From positions 32,001 through 96,000 of the forward strand of contig CAWAUV010000006.1 of assembly GCA_963785305.1 (NCBI GenBank): DNA of 64,000 nucleotides. Direction: 5' to 3'. The DNA comes from an uncultured Planctomycetaceae bacterium. GTDB lineage: Bacteria; Planctomycetota; Planctomycetia; Pirellulales; PALSA-1355. Below the pieces are notes generated by a model. It searched no databases and was not told where the DNA came from. It was given only the letters and a program-made list of their open reading frames with translations. Position numbers and translations under genes: made by a program. The first letter of the stretch is position 1. Every line of letters begins with the position of its first letter. Shown one piece after another: positions 22,383 through 32,040 of the stretch.

Positions 22383-23024
22383 TTAACGCCAGTCCTTGGC
22401 CGTGATTACCTCGCAGTCCGAGAGGCTTTCGCGGAGACTTTCGATACTTTCGAGATTGGCAAACCCGACTAATTTTAACCGACGGAGTTGCTTTGCCTGT
22501 CGCAGGTCGGCAAGCACGGTCCGTTCCCATGGCTACCTGGACTTGTCGAATCGAGGGCCGAGCGATAAATCGCGCACCTGCGGCACATTATTGAGTAATG
22601 AAAGCACGTCCCATGGCTCATTGCACTTGATATCAATCCGTTCGAGCCGCGGGCACGCGGCAAGGGAAGTAAAGTCGGAGTTTTGAACACGAACATTGAA
22701 AAGCGAAAGCCATTGGAGGTCGGGAAGCGTCGCGGCGATTGCCATTCCGCGAGGGCCGACATCGCAGGAATCAATGATAAGCCTGACGATACCCGCTTGC
22801 CCCTTGATTTGCGCCAATGAAGTGTCGGTGTCTTCGATATCGTAGAAACTGATCGCATTCGATGTTCCCTGCTTGACGTCGTCGATTTGTCGCTGAAGAA
22901 ATGTTTGATTCGACGCGGATGTCTCGGCGGACAAATCGATACAGCCGATGCGCGGCGATATTGCGAAGGGGAGTAACAACGCAATCGTCGCGATACCCGA
23001 GCGGGCTTCACGGCTCGTTGACAT
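22383..23024 (-). CDS. Leucine-rich-repeat-like protein with an internal in-frame TAG at 22533-22535
   Basis: GGAGG RBS; LPDLQWLSL, CPRLERIDI, VPQVRDLSL; the same frame continues past the TAG (AKQLRRLKL...ESLSDCEVI) to TAA at 22383. Confidence 0.65.
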
Positions 23025-23085
23025 TCGACTCCTCCAGCGGCGCGATGACGAACTTGCCATTCTTGGCGTGCTTCAGACGCGGCGC

Positions 23086-23836
23086 CTACCCGTCCCCGAG
23101 GGGCACTCCGTCGACGAATTCAACCCGACGCGTCACGGCGCCGGTTTCATCGAACCACGTCCACGCGCCGTGCGCACGATCATCGCGCCACATTCTGCTC
23201 GGAGCAAATCTCGCCATTTTGATGAAATGTTCGGGACATGCCACATCGCCTGTGTTGTGCGTCAAAACGGATCGCTTCGAATTTCGTGCCCTCGCGAGAC
23301 CACTCGGTTCTAACCTGATATCCGTCCGAGTCGTATTTCGTGACATACGTCGCATACGGGCAGTATGATTCCTCGCGCACAAGCACATCGTTGTCCCAGA
23401 ACATCCTCAGTGTACCGGAGTTTTCGATTGCCCATCCGTGGCGTTTGCCATCGTGGTAGGTTGTTTGCCTTTCGACGCGGCCTTGTGAATCCCATTTCGT
23501 CTCCAAGCCTTCCAGTTGCCCGTGGGCCCAATGTCGCTCGCGAATTTTGACGCCGTTTTCGTCGTAGAGCACCGCCAGCCCGTGCTTAATCGGATTCCAG
23601 CGGTAATCGTGGTAGGCGTAGCCGGGTTCACGCATCGCATCCACGCGGCGCTGATAATCCCGAATGTCCTGCTGCGACATCCCAGAAACACAGCGAAGGC
23701 GAAATTCACTGGGGTCTTTGACATCGGTCGGCAAGGGCACGCGCACCAGCGTCAATGCAACGGCGCATCCAGTCACCGCGCAAAACAGCGCCCGGAGGCT
23801 GAATTGACTCATTCGGTTCCGCGGCGACTTGAACAT
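23086..23836 (-). CDS. YwqK-like / MORN-variant repeat protein, frameshift near 23200
   Basis: QFSLRALF N-terminal motif typical of planctomycetes; HGLAVLYDENG, GQLEGLETKWDSQG, HGAWTWFDETG repeats. Confidence 0.7.
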
Positions 23837-24272
23837 GCGAGCCACCTTCCGCGATGGAAATGCATGGGGCGATTCGAAGTGGCGCCGTCCGGACCGTCGC
23901 CGAATTCGGAATCGAATCCAGACCCGATAGTCCGCCGGCCGGAAATAAGGCAAAACGCTGGAGCCGGTCCGGAAGTCGCGAATGGAAGAAAGGCTTTTTG
24001 AATCGCCGACGAGGTCGAACGCTCGGACCGGCGGCGCACTTGGAATATATCGAATTTCGATTCATCTTTGTACTTCGCGAGCCGACTTTTATTTTTTCCC
24101 CGCGCGACGGCCCCTGGGTCAGTGGCTTCGCGTTTGACGGGTCGGGGCCACGCAAGCAGAATGAACAGCCGCGAGCGCATGCTCGCTTTGCCGAGCGGCG
24201 CCGTTCCATGTTTACGATGTTCTCGCGCGCCGCGGTCGCGATTTCCCGCCTCAGGTTTGGAGTCCCCGGTCC

Positions 24273-25754
24273 ATGCTCATTCGCCGCTCTGCCCGCGGGC
24301 CCGTGATCGGCCCGCTGGTCGCCCTTGTGTCGCTCGCCGCGGCGCTGTTGGCCGGTGGTTCGCTGGCGCCGGCCGCCGAGCGAGCGCCGAACATCGTTAT
24401 TATTCTGAGCGACGATCAGGGTTATGCCGATATCGGCTGCTACGGCGCCGAAGGCTTCACGACGCCCAATCTCGACCGCATGGCCGCCCAGGGCACGCGA
24501 TTTCAAGAGTTTCATGTCGCGTCGTCGGTCTGTTCGCCTTCGCGGGCGGCGCTCATGACCGGCTGCTATCCGCAGCGAGTCGGGCTGCCGGTGGTGCTCG
24601 AAGCCGATTCGGCCATCGGCCTCGGTTCGGCCGAGGATACCTTGCCCGAACTGCTCAAACGGGCCGGCTACGCGACCGGCATGGTGGGCAAATGGCACTT
24701 GGGCGATCGGCCGCAATTTCTGCCGGTGCGGCATGGCTTCGATGAGTATTTCGGCATTCCTTATTCCAACGATCAGTGGCCGCGGCATCCGACCAAGAAG
24801 ATATTCTTTCCCGATCTGCCGCTGATGGAGCAAGATCGGGTCGTGGAATACAATCCCGACCAATCGCAGCTTGTGCGCCGCTATACCGAGCGCGCGGTGC
24901 GATTCATCGAGCGCCATCGCGATCGGCCGTTCTTCTTGTATCTGGCCCATCACAGTCCGCATGTGCCGCTCGGTGTGTCCGAACAATTTCGCGGCCGCTC
25001 GAAACGCGGAATCTATGGCGACTCATGCATGGAGCTCGATTGGTCGGTGGGCGAGGTGCTCGATACGCTCAAGCGGCTGGCGCTCGACGACGACACGCTC
25101 GTGATCTTCTTCTCCGACAACGGCCCCTGGCTCAGCTACGGCGCGCATGGCGGCTCGGCCAAGCCGCTGCGCGAAGGCAAAACCACGAGCTACGAAGGTG
25201 GATTCCGAGTGCCCTGCATCATGCGTTGGCCGGGCCATGTGGCCGCCGGACGCGTGTCGCTCGAACTGACCACGGCGATGGACCTGTTGCCCACGCTAGT
25301 GAAGCTGGCCAAGGCCCCGGCGCCGGCCAAGCCGATCGATGGCAAGGATATCTGGCCGATCATGGCCGGCGAACAAGGAGCGAGAAGCCCCCACGACGCG
25401 TTTTATTATTACAATGCCTGGAGTTTGGAAGCGGTGCGCTCCGGCCCCTGGAAACTGGTGCTGCCGCACACCCGCTACGCGCTCGTCGAACCGGGCGCCG
25501 ATGGGCTACCCGGCAAACACGAATGGGCCACGTCGCCCCTGGCGCTGTATGATCTGGTGAACGATCCGGGCGAAACGGCCGATGTGGCGCTCGAGCACGC
25601 CGACACAGTCGAGCAATTGCTCAAGCTGGTTGCCGCGGCTCGCGATGATCTGGGCGACGGCGCGATGCGGGTGAACCCGGAGAAGAAGGATTTCTTTCAG
25701 GCGCGAAAGCTGTACCGGATTCCGGGCAAGAACAATCGCCCACCGGGTCGGTGA
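24273..25754 (+). CDS. Arylsulfatase (Cys-type, formylglycine-dependent)
   Basis: PNIVIILSDDQG, CSPSRAALMTG, GKWHLG, SDNGP. Confidence 0.95.
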   Translation: MLIRRSARGPVIGPLVALVSLAAALLAGGSLAPAAERAPNIVIILSDDQGYADIGCYGAEGFTTPNLDRMAAQGTRFQEFHVASSVCSPSRAALMTGCYPQRVGLPVVLEADSAIGLGSAEDTLPELLKRAGYATGMVGKWHLGDRPQFLPVRHGFDEYFGIPYSNDQWPRHPTKKIFFPDLPLMEQDRVVEYNPDQSQLVRRYTERAVRFIERHRDRPFFLYLAHHSPHVPLGVSEQFRGRSKRGIYGDSCMELDWSVGEVLDTLKRLALDDDTLVIFFSDNGPWLSYGAHGGSAKPLREGKTTSYEGGFRVPCIMRWPGHVAAGRVSLELTTAMDLLPTLVKLAKAPAPAKPIDGKDIWPIMAGEQGARSPHDAFYYYNAWSLEAVRSGPWKLVLPHTRYALVEPGADGLPGKHEWATSPLALYDLVNDPGETADVALEHADTVEQLLKLVAAARDDLGDGAMRVNPEKKDFFQARKLYRIPGKNNRPPGR

Positions 25755-25819
25755 ACGATTGCCGGGGAGCGCGTTCGGGCGAGTCGTGGTTGGCAAGCGT
25801 TGGTCGCAAGTGAGCTCGC

Positions 25820-26149
25820 ATGGAACTCGACGACGAGCTTTGCCTCTGTTTTCATGTAACGAAGCGCAAGGTGATCAACTACCTTCGCGTCGAGCGACCG
25901 CTGCGCGTGGGTCAACTCAGCGATTGCTTCGGCGCCGGCACGGGCTGCGGATGGTGCCGGTCCTACCTGGCGAAACTGTTTCGCGAAGCGAACTGGGGGG
26001 GAGCGGCCGGGCCGGGAGCGCGCCCGGCGCCGGCCGCGGCAAAACCGGATCTCTCACAAGCGGAGTATGCCCGCCAGCGAGCCGCCTACATCCGGCAAGG
26101 CGGAGGAACCCCACCCCCGGGCGCGACTCCGATCGACCTCGAAAGCTGA
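25820..26149 (+). CDS. BFD-like [2Fe-2S]-binding protein
   Basis: CLCFHVT ... AGTGCGWC. Confidence 0.85.
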   Translation: MELDDELCLCFHVTKRKVINYLRVERPLRVGQLSDCFGAGTGCGWCRSYLAKLFREANWGGAAGPGARPAPAAAKPDLSQAEYARQRAAYIRQGGGTPPPGATPIDLES

Positions 26150-26179
26150 CCGGAACATTGGAAAAAGCGAGCTCGCTGC

Positions 26180-29100
26180 TCATCGGACGGCGACCGGCGA
26201 CCCGGCGGTACCCGTCGGCTTGGCCGGAGTGTTCGCGTCGAGCGCCCGCGCGATGCTTCGGCCCGCTCGATCACTTCCTCGGGCTCGAGCGTGACATGGC
26301 GCGACAGACACAACGCGGTTTTCAGCTTGATCGGTTTTTTGAGCCCCATGTCGGCATTGTGGAAATAAAACACCCCCTGGGGAAGTGAACCGATATCGGC
26401 CGCGTCGCCGCCACGATTCTTGATCTGCTGGCGGATCACGTCTTGACCGGCCGGCGAGCTGTTCTTGCCGTAGTAATGCGTCGAACAGTTGCCGATGATC
26501 GTGTTGGCGATTTCCTTCGGGTTTTGCGTGGCGAAGACAAGACCCAGGTGGTACTTTCGAGCCTGCGCCGCCAGCCTTTCGAGGCTCGCGCGGCACGGCG
26601 ACGAGCGGACCGACGGCACGAAATCCTTCGCTTCGTCGATGACCAAGAGCCCGCGAAGCGAGCGACCTTCCGGTCGCGGATTCTTTTTGATCCAAGCAAA
26701 CAGCGTCATCGCGAGCCGATTGAGAAACATCTGCTGCGATTCGAGCGACGGCATTCCGACGAAATTGATGACCGAGATTCGCGTCCGATCGCCCGACTTG
26801 CGGGCATCGCCAAAGAGCACCGCCGGATCGAACGACGCCCCGGCCCGATCGAAATTTGGGTCCTTGGCGCGTTGCGATTGCAGGTCGTCGGCCATTTCCT
26901 TGGCATAGCGCGTTTGATTTTGAATGCCGCTGCCGGCTTCGGCGGGCAGATCGTCGAGAATCTCGATCAAGGTGGTGAGGGACGAGCCGTAGGCATGGGT
27001 TGCGATGAAACGCAGCGCAGCGCTCGAAGAGGCCCGCCTTCCGTCCCACCACCGCGCCGCGGCCCGGGGCAACGATCGGCAGCAGCAATTCTCGCGTTGC
27101 TTCGATCGCGGCTTGCAGGTCGTCGGGATCATCGCGAAAGGCGGTCAGATCGGGCAGGGCATCGAACTGCAGCGGATTGCCGCGCGAACTGTTGGGCGTC
27201 CACACAAGGACCTCGCCGCGGCGATGATAAAGCTCCGCTTTTCGAGCGTCGCCATCGTTCCAAGCCTCGGGCGGCCGCGGCCAACGATCGCCGAGCGCCG
27301 CGAGATCGTTGGCGCCGTCGATGGCAATGGTGGGGATGCCTAGGATCGCGCATTCCTCGATGATGCGTTTAAGCAGCACCGTCTTACCGGAGCCGGCCCC
27401 GGCGAGAACGACCGAATGTTTTTCCAAGAACTCGACCGGCATCATCAGGGGCGTCGACGTTCCAAGCGTGGTCGTGAAGCCGATCGGGATCGCGGATGGC
27501 TTCGGGCAGGACGCCACGGCGGGCGGCGCCGATCCTTCAAGTGGCTTCTCCACGTTCGGGTTTTCGACCGGCTTCATGGGTCCCGAATTGACCGGTTGTT
27601 CTCGCGGCGGATCGATCGAGCCATTCGCGATTTGTTCCGGCGAGCTACCTCCGCATAGCTTGGGCGTCAGTTGCTTAAAGAGCGGCAACGAAGACGCATG
27701 CCGCCGCGCTTTCAACCAATCATCGAGCGCCGGCGACGCCTCGGTATATACGGCGTGCAGCGCGAAAAGCGTTCTCAACTCGTTCTCGTCGGCAGCGTGC
27801 CACAAGCCGCCACGGCTAGAGAATTCTTTCACGAGTTGCTCTGTAAGCGGGCCGCCCGGCGTCTTCCGACTCCGCAGGCACATGGCCCGACGAAACGCGA
27901 GGCCCCCCTGAATGCCAGAGGCCGTCATCACGCCTTTGATCCGATACTGAAACGCGTTGGCGTTTTCACGTTCGATGGCGCGGAGGCAAAAATGCTCCTC
28001 GCGATCGTTCCGCGAATGATCGATGAGCCGGATGTGCGCATGGAGCGGCGGAGCGGTGCGTCCGCCGGGAAATTCATCGATCAACGCGTCGAGTTCGCTC
28101 GGAAGCGAGACTTCGTGCAACAGCGCGCGGCAGGCAGTCACGAGCAGCGGTTGCAGCCGCTCCTCTTCCATCGACTGCTCCAAGAGAACGCGAATATCGG
28201 CTTTCGCGAAATTCTCGGCAAACTTTCGATCCAGGCTCTCCAGATATCCGGCGGGGTTCAGTTCCGGGCCCCGGCCATCGAGCGGCCATTTCTTTTGGGT
28301 CAAACATCCCTTGCGGCGGGCGTCGCACATTTTCAATATCTCGCGCGGCGTGGCATGTTGCATCCGCGCGAAGTCGGCGTCGTCGAAGGGCCACAGCGGT
28401 TCCAGGGCGCGAACTCGGCCGTCTGATGCCCTGCAAGAACGCGCGGCGCGATGATCTCCTTGGCCACGTCGGTCGATGAAATCGCTGTCAGCGTGCGCGG
28501 CGCTTCGAAGCGATCGACGTTGCTTTGCAGAGTTTGCGTAAGCTCGATCCAAGACGCTTCCAAACAGGAAACAATCGCAAATGTGTACGACGTCTTATCA
28601 CGCAGCGCGCCAAGCCCCGCCGAGATGCTCGCCAAGATGGCGCGCGCTTTGAGCAGTTCGGGCGAGTTTTCATCGCCTTGGCATTGCTGCTGTGCGCTGA
28701 GCACCGCGATGATCGGGTCGAGCTGATCAAACGCCAGCACCGTCGGCCCGCAAAGGCTCATCAGCCACGAAAGGGCCCGCACGATCGAGAGCGGTTTTTC
28801 TTGTCCTTTCGCAAATCCGAGCGTGGAGCGGCAAGCTTCGTCGACGGGGTTGCCCTGCAACCAGGAAAATCCCGCGGCCTCGATGTCGGCATGGCTGGAA
28901 TTGATCGCGATGAGCGCTCGAATGACATCCAGGTGCGGCACGGCTTCGACGCGGTGTACGATCCCGACATGTTTCACGACTATCGCAATATTCTTCACGA
29001 GCTGCGCGGGCTTGCATCCGCGGAGCCCCTGGAGAGCCCATTGCGTGCCCCGTCGGATTTTCAAAGTGTCGAGGAAACGCTCGAGAAGGATATTTTGCTG

Positions 29101-29508
29101 GCAGCGGCCCGTGGCATCGGCGACGCGCAAATAGTTGAGATATCCTTGCAGCACCGTCTCCCAAAAGTCGCTCACATCGGTCATGTCGACGAGCACGAAT
29201 TGACATTTTCGAGCCAGGGCCTCCCGGCGGCAGATCGAAAGCCAATGGGTTTTTCCGCTGCCCGCCGCGCCGATCACGGTCCAGCCGAGCGGAGACGACT
29301 TCGTGGAATCGAGCAGCAGAGCCTCGAGCCGTTCGCTGTATTCCTCGCGGAGTTGGGCATTGAGCGCTGGCACATCGTGCGGCGGATCCTGCCAAACGCC
29401 GCGGAGCAACATCGTCCAATCGAAATTCATCGCCCGCAGTGCTTTTAATTCAGTCGGCGTGAGCGGCCGGGCGGAGCGAGATACCGTGTCACTGGCGGAA
29501 ATCATCAT
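26180..29508 (-). CDS. ~1100-aa dual P-loop ATPase: N-terminal AAA-like domain + C-terminal HerA/FtsK (DUF87-like) domain; frameshifts near 28420 and 27030, 3' end approximate
   Basis: Walker A GAAGSGKT and atypical Walker B LAFDQLD; second Walker A AGAGSGKT, LLVIDEAKDF, ARKYHLGLVFATQNP. Confidence 0.8.
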
Positions 29509-29590
29509 GGGCGATCCTTCGAGGCTAATAACGCTGAATCGTTGACTTCGCTTTTTTGGAACCTCTGGTCCGCGGCGGGCAAATCCGCCG

Positions 29591-30265
29591 TTATTCCGGA
29601 CGTGAGAGGTAGAGAATATGTCGCTTGTCGTGGCTGCCTGTTTCCAGCGCGGCGGCGGCGTCGCGGGGCGTGATTTCATGGAATCGATCGAGGCGAAACA
29701 TTTTGATCCGTTGCGAGTCGGCCAGTTCCCAGAGCGTCTGGTCCACCTGCTCGCGCGGCACATCGGCCATGGAATCGCGAATGTCGGCCAGCCGCACCCG
29801 GGATTCGTATACTCCATCGCTCAATCGCTCGCACTCGGCGATGATCCTCGCTTTGAGATCGTGGTTCATTTCGCGCTTTGAACCGCGCTCTGGTTCAAGC
29901 GCCGGCCGGGGTCGGCAGAAATCGGCGAACGAAAAGTCGCCGTTGGCGATGCGAGCGTTCAGCCTCGCCATTACTTGACGCAGAATCGCCAGCGCGGCGG
30001 AGTCGCGTCGCGGGATATTGCCCTCCAGATTCTCCGCGGCCCACCGCCAGCCCTGGTCGAGCAGGGTCAAATGCAACACCGCGGGGCCTTTGCCTTCGAC
30101 CTTGCGCCGCTTTTCGACTTGAATGAGTCCGGCGTCGACAAGCGACTTGCGCCGAGCGGCTTCGAGTGTTGGCTTCAGATCGGTATTCCAGCACTCGCCG
30201 CCGCTCAAGAGCAGCCACCAAATTCCCAGGAGCTGGTTTCCGGTGAATTCGAAGTTGGTATCCAA
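29591..30265 (-). CDS. Hypothetical protein with two probable winged-helix-like domains
   Basis: 224-aa ORF; LVDAGLIQVEK..LTLLDQGWRW and RVRLADIRDSMADVPREQVDQTLWEL look like wHTH segments; co-oriented between the nuclease and ATPase genes. Confidence 0.6.
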   Translation of the reverse strand: MDTNFEFTGNQLLGIWWLLLSGGECWNTDLKPTLEAARRKSLVDAGLIQVEKRRKVEGKGPAVLHLTLLDQGWRWAAENLEGNIPRRDSAALAILRQVMARLNARIANGDFSFADFCRPRPALEPERGSKREMNHDLKARIIAECERLSDGVYESRVRLADIRDSMADVPREQVDQTLWELADSQRIKMFRLDRFHEITPRDAAAALETGSHDKRHILYLSRPE

Positions 30266-30308
30266 AATTTACCTCCCCGCAAGGCGAACATGCGAAACAG
30301 CCCGAGGT

Positions 30309-31406
30309 TCACGACGTTAAACTTGCGTCCGACCGACGAAACGCCACGAAGGTCCGCACTTTTTCGAGCGCCGCGTCGATATCGCGAAGCACTTCCTCGT
30401 GCGGCAGTCGCAGAACCAAATAACCGCTGACGACCAACTCGAAGTCGCGAGCCCGATCGCTGGCGAACAACGCGCGTGTCGAATGCCAGCGATAACCGTC
30501 CACCTCGACGACGATGCGTTCTTCTCTTGCGACCAAATCGCCGAGAAACCGGCGCCCGAAACACGATTCGACCCATTGATTGAACTCGAACAGGCCATGC
30601 AACGCGGGGTCCGCTCCGATCGCGGCGGCCAGTAGTTGCTCGCCTTCGCTGAGCGGATGTGGCCGGCCAATCAGCGGCGTCAGCAACGATTCACGCGCCG
30701 AGCAGCCTTGAGCACGGGCGCTGCCCGCTCGGTGGATATCGCATGCTTCGGCATCGGGCGCCGCGTGGCGTGGAGGCGCATCGTCGGCGCCGCGGCGCAT
30801 GTGGATAGCGCGGTAACTCACGCTATCGAGCTCCGATGAATCCGCGGCGCAATCGGGCCCCACGACGACGACCACCGCTCCCGTCGTGCCGGCGATCCAT
30901 TCGGCGACTCGCGCCAAGCGGCGCAGCGCCAGAGCGAGCGCCAGTTGCGATGCCTCGACAGCGGCCGGAAATTCACGGCAGCGCGGAGCCACGGCTCGTT
31001 GGCAGTTCGCCGTGGCTCGCTTTAGCCACGCATCGCTTACTTCGCGACGTGTGCCGGCGGCGCGCGACCTCTCCAACAATGTGTGTTCAAAGCATTCGCC
31101 GCCGACGCCTGCCTGGCTCGTTCCCGAGGAGTACCAATCAGGCCAAAGCGCGAGGCCGAGCCGCGCGAAGCAGTCGAGCGACTCGTCGATCAGATCGCGT
31201 CGCGAGTGCGTTAGGGTCCATTCGAGCAGCAAAATGCGAGTGTCGCGGTCGAGTAGCTCGCCGACTCTCTCGACGAGGGCGAGGGTTTCGCCGACTTCCT
31301 CAGTAAACACGAGTTGCACGGCGCCAGCTTCGAGCGATCGAAGCACGCTCGACAACCGCGCGACGTTTTCCGCGGCGACGGATGCTTCCTGTAACATGGC
31401 AAACAT
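30309..31406 (-). CDS. Protein with C-terminal DUF559/Vsr-like endonuclease domain; start uncertain
   Basis: SEGEQLL..FEFNQ..DLV..IVVEVDGYRWH..DRARDFEL..GYLVLRL. Confidence 0.8.
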   Translation of the reverse strand: MFAMLQEASVAAENVARLSSVLRSLEAGAVQLVFTEEVGETLALVERVGELLDRDTRILLLEWTLTHSRRDLIDESLDCFARLGLALWPDWYSSGTSQAGVGGECFEHTLLERSRAAGTRREVSDAWLKRATANCQRAVAPRCREFPAAVEASQLALALALRRLARVAEWIAGTTGAVVVVVGPDCAADSSELDSVSYRAIHMRRGADDAPPRHAAPDAEACDIHRAGSARAQGCSARESLLTPLIGRPHPLSEGEQLLAAAIGADPALHGLFEFNQWVESCFGRRFLGDLVAREERIVVEVDGYRWHSTRALFASDRARDFELVVSGYLVLRLPHEEVLRDIDAALEKVRTFVAFRRSDASLTS

Positions 31407-31643
31407 TCCATGAGCCAGCGACACGAAGCCGGTTGCGGACTCGGGCCTCGCTGTCCATCCGACAAGGCCCCTTCGCTCCTGTCGGTCGCGGCATTTGCTT
31501 CACGAAGACGCAGGCTCGCTCCCCGCCGCTCCATCGACTGCGGCGACTCAAAGTCGATGGCGACTCGCGCGTTCGTGAAACACAAGGCAAGGTTGCGATC
31601 AGCCAACAATGTAGGGCTTGAGTCGACGAGCGTCAATTTTTTC

Positions 31644-31932
31644 GTGACCGCTCCCAATGGGAGCAGTCAGGCGATCTGGTGAAGAATCGCTCGTTGGGAG
31701 TGAACCCGCTCGAAATCGGGCAGCTTGGCGCCGAGATCAGAAACGCCAGCAGCCAGTCGAATATTTTGACGGGCTGGTAGCAGCCTGTTGAAATGCTCAA
31801 CAGGCTGCGCCGCCGCATGGATGCGGTGTCAAAATAACGACCTAAGTCGTTATTTTGCGAGCGGCGACGAGCTTTGCTCGGCGCTTGGCGAGGTTGAAAA
31901 ATGCCACGATGGCATTTGTCAACAGGCTGCTA
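31644..31932. repeat. Cluster of five palindromes, including family B (GCAGCCTGTTGA..TCAACAGGCTGC)
   Basis: Hairpins near 31644-31668, 31748-31777, 31780-31808 (12-bp perfect stem), 31830-31857 (12-bp perfect stem) and 31893-31922; 14-bp inverted repeat pairing 31778-31791 with 31919-31932. Confidence 0.75.
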
Positions 31933-32040
31933 GGGCGTCGCCCCGGCTGCTGGCGCGCGCGGGCTTCGCGGGCCGAGGGGGTTTGGCGACGGGTTTCTTT
32001 TTGGGCGGGGGCATGTCGGGTGCGGAGTCGGCGGCGGGGT

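Noticed and set aside
31644..31932. CRISPR mini-array
   Set aside because: The units differ in length and sequence, spacing is irregular, and no cas genes are present.
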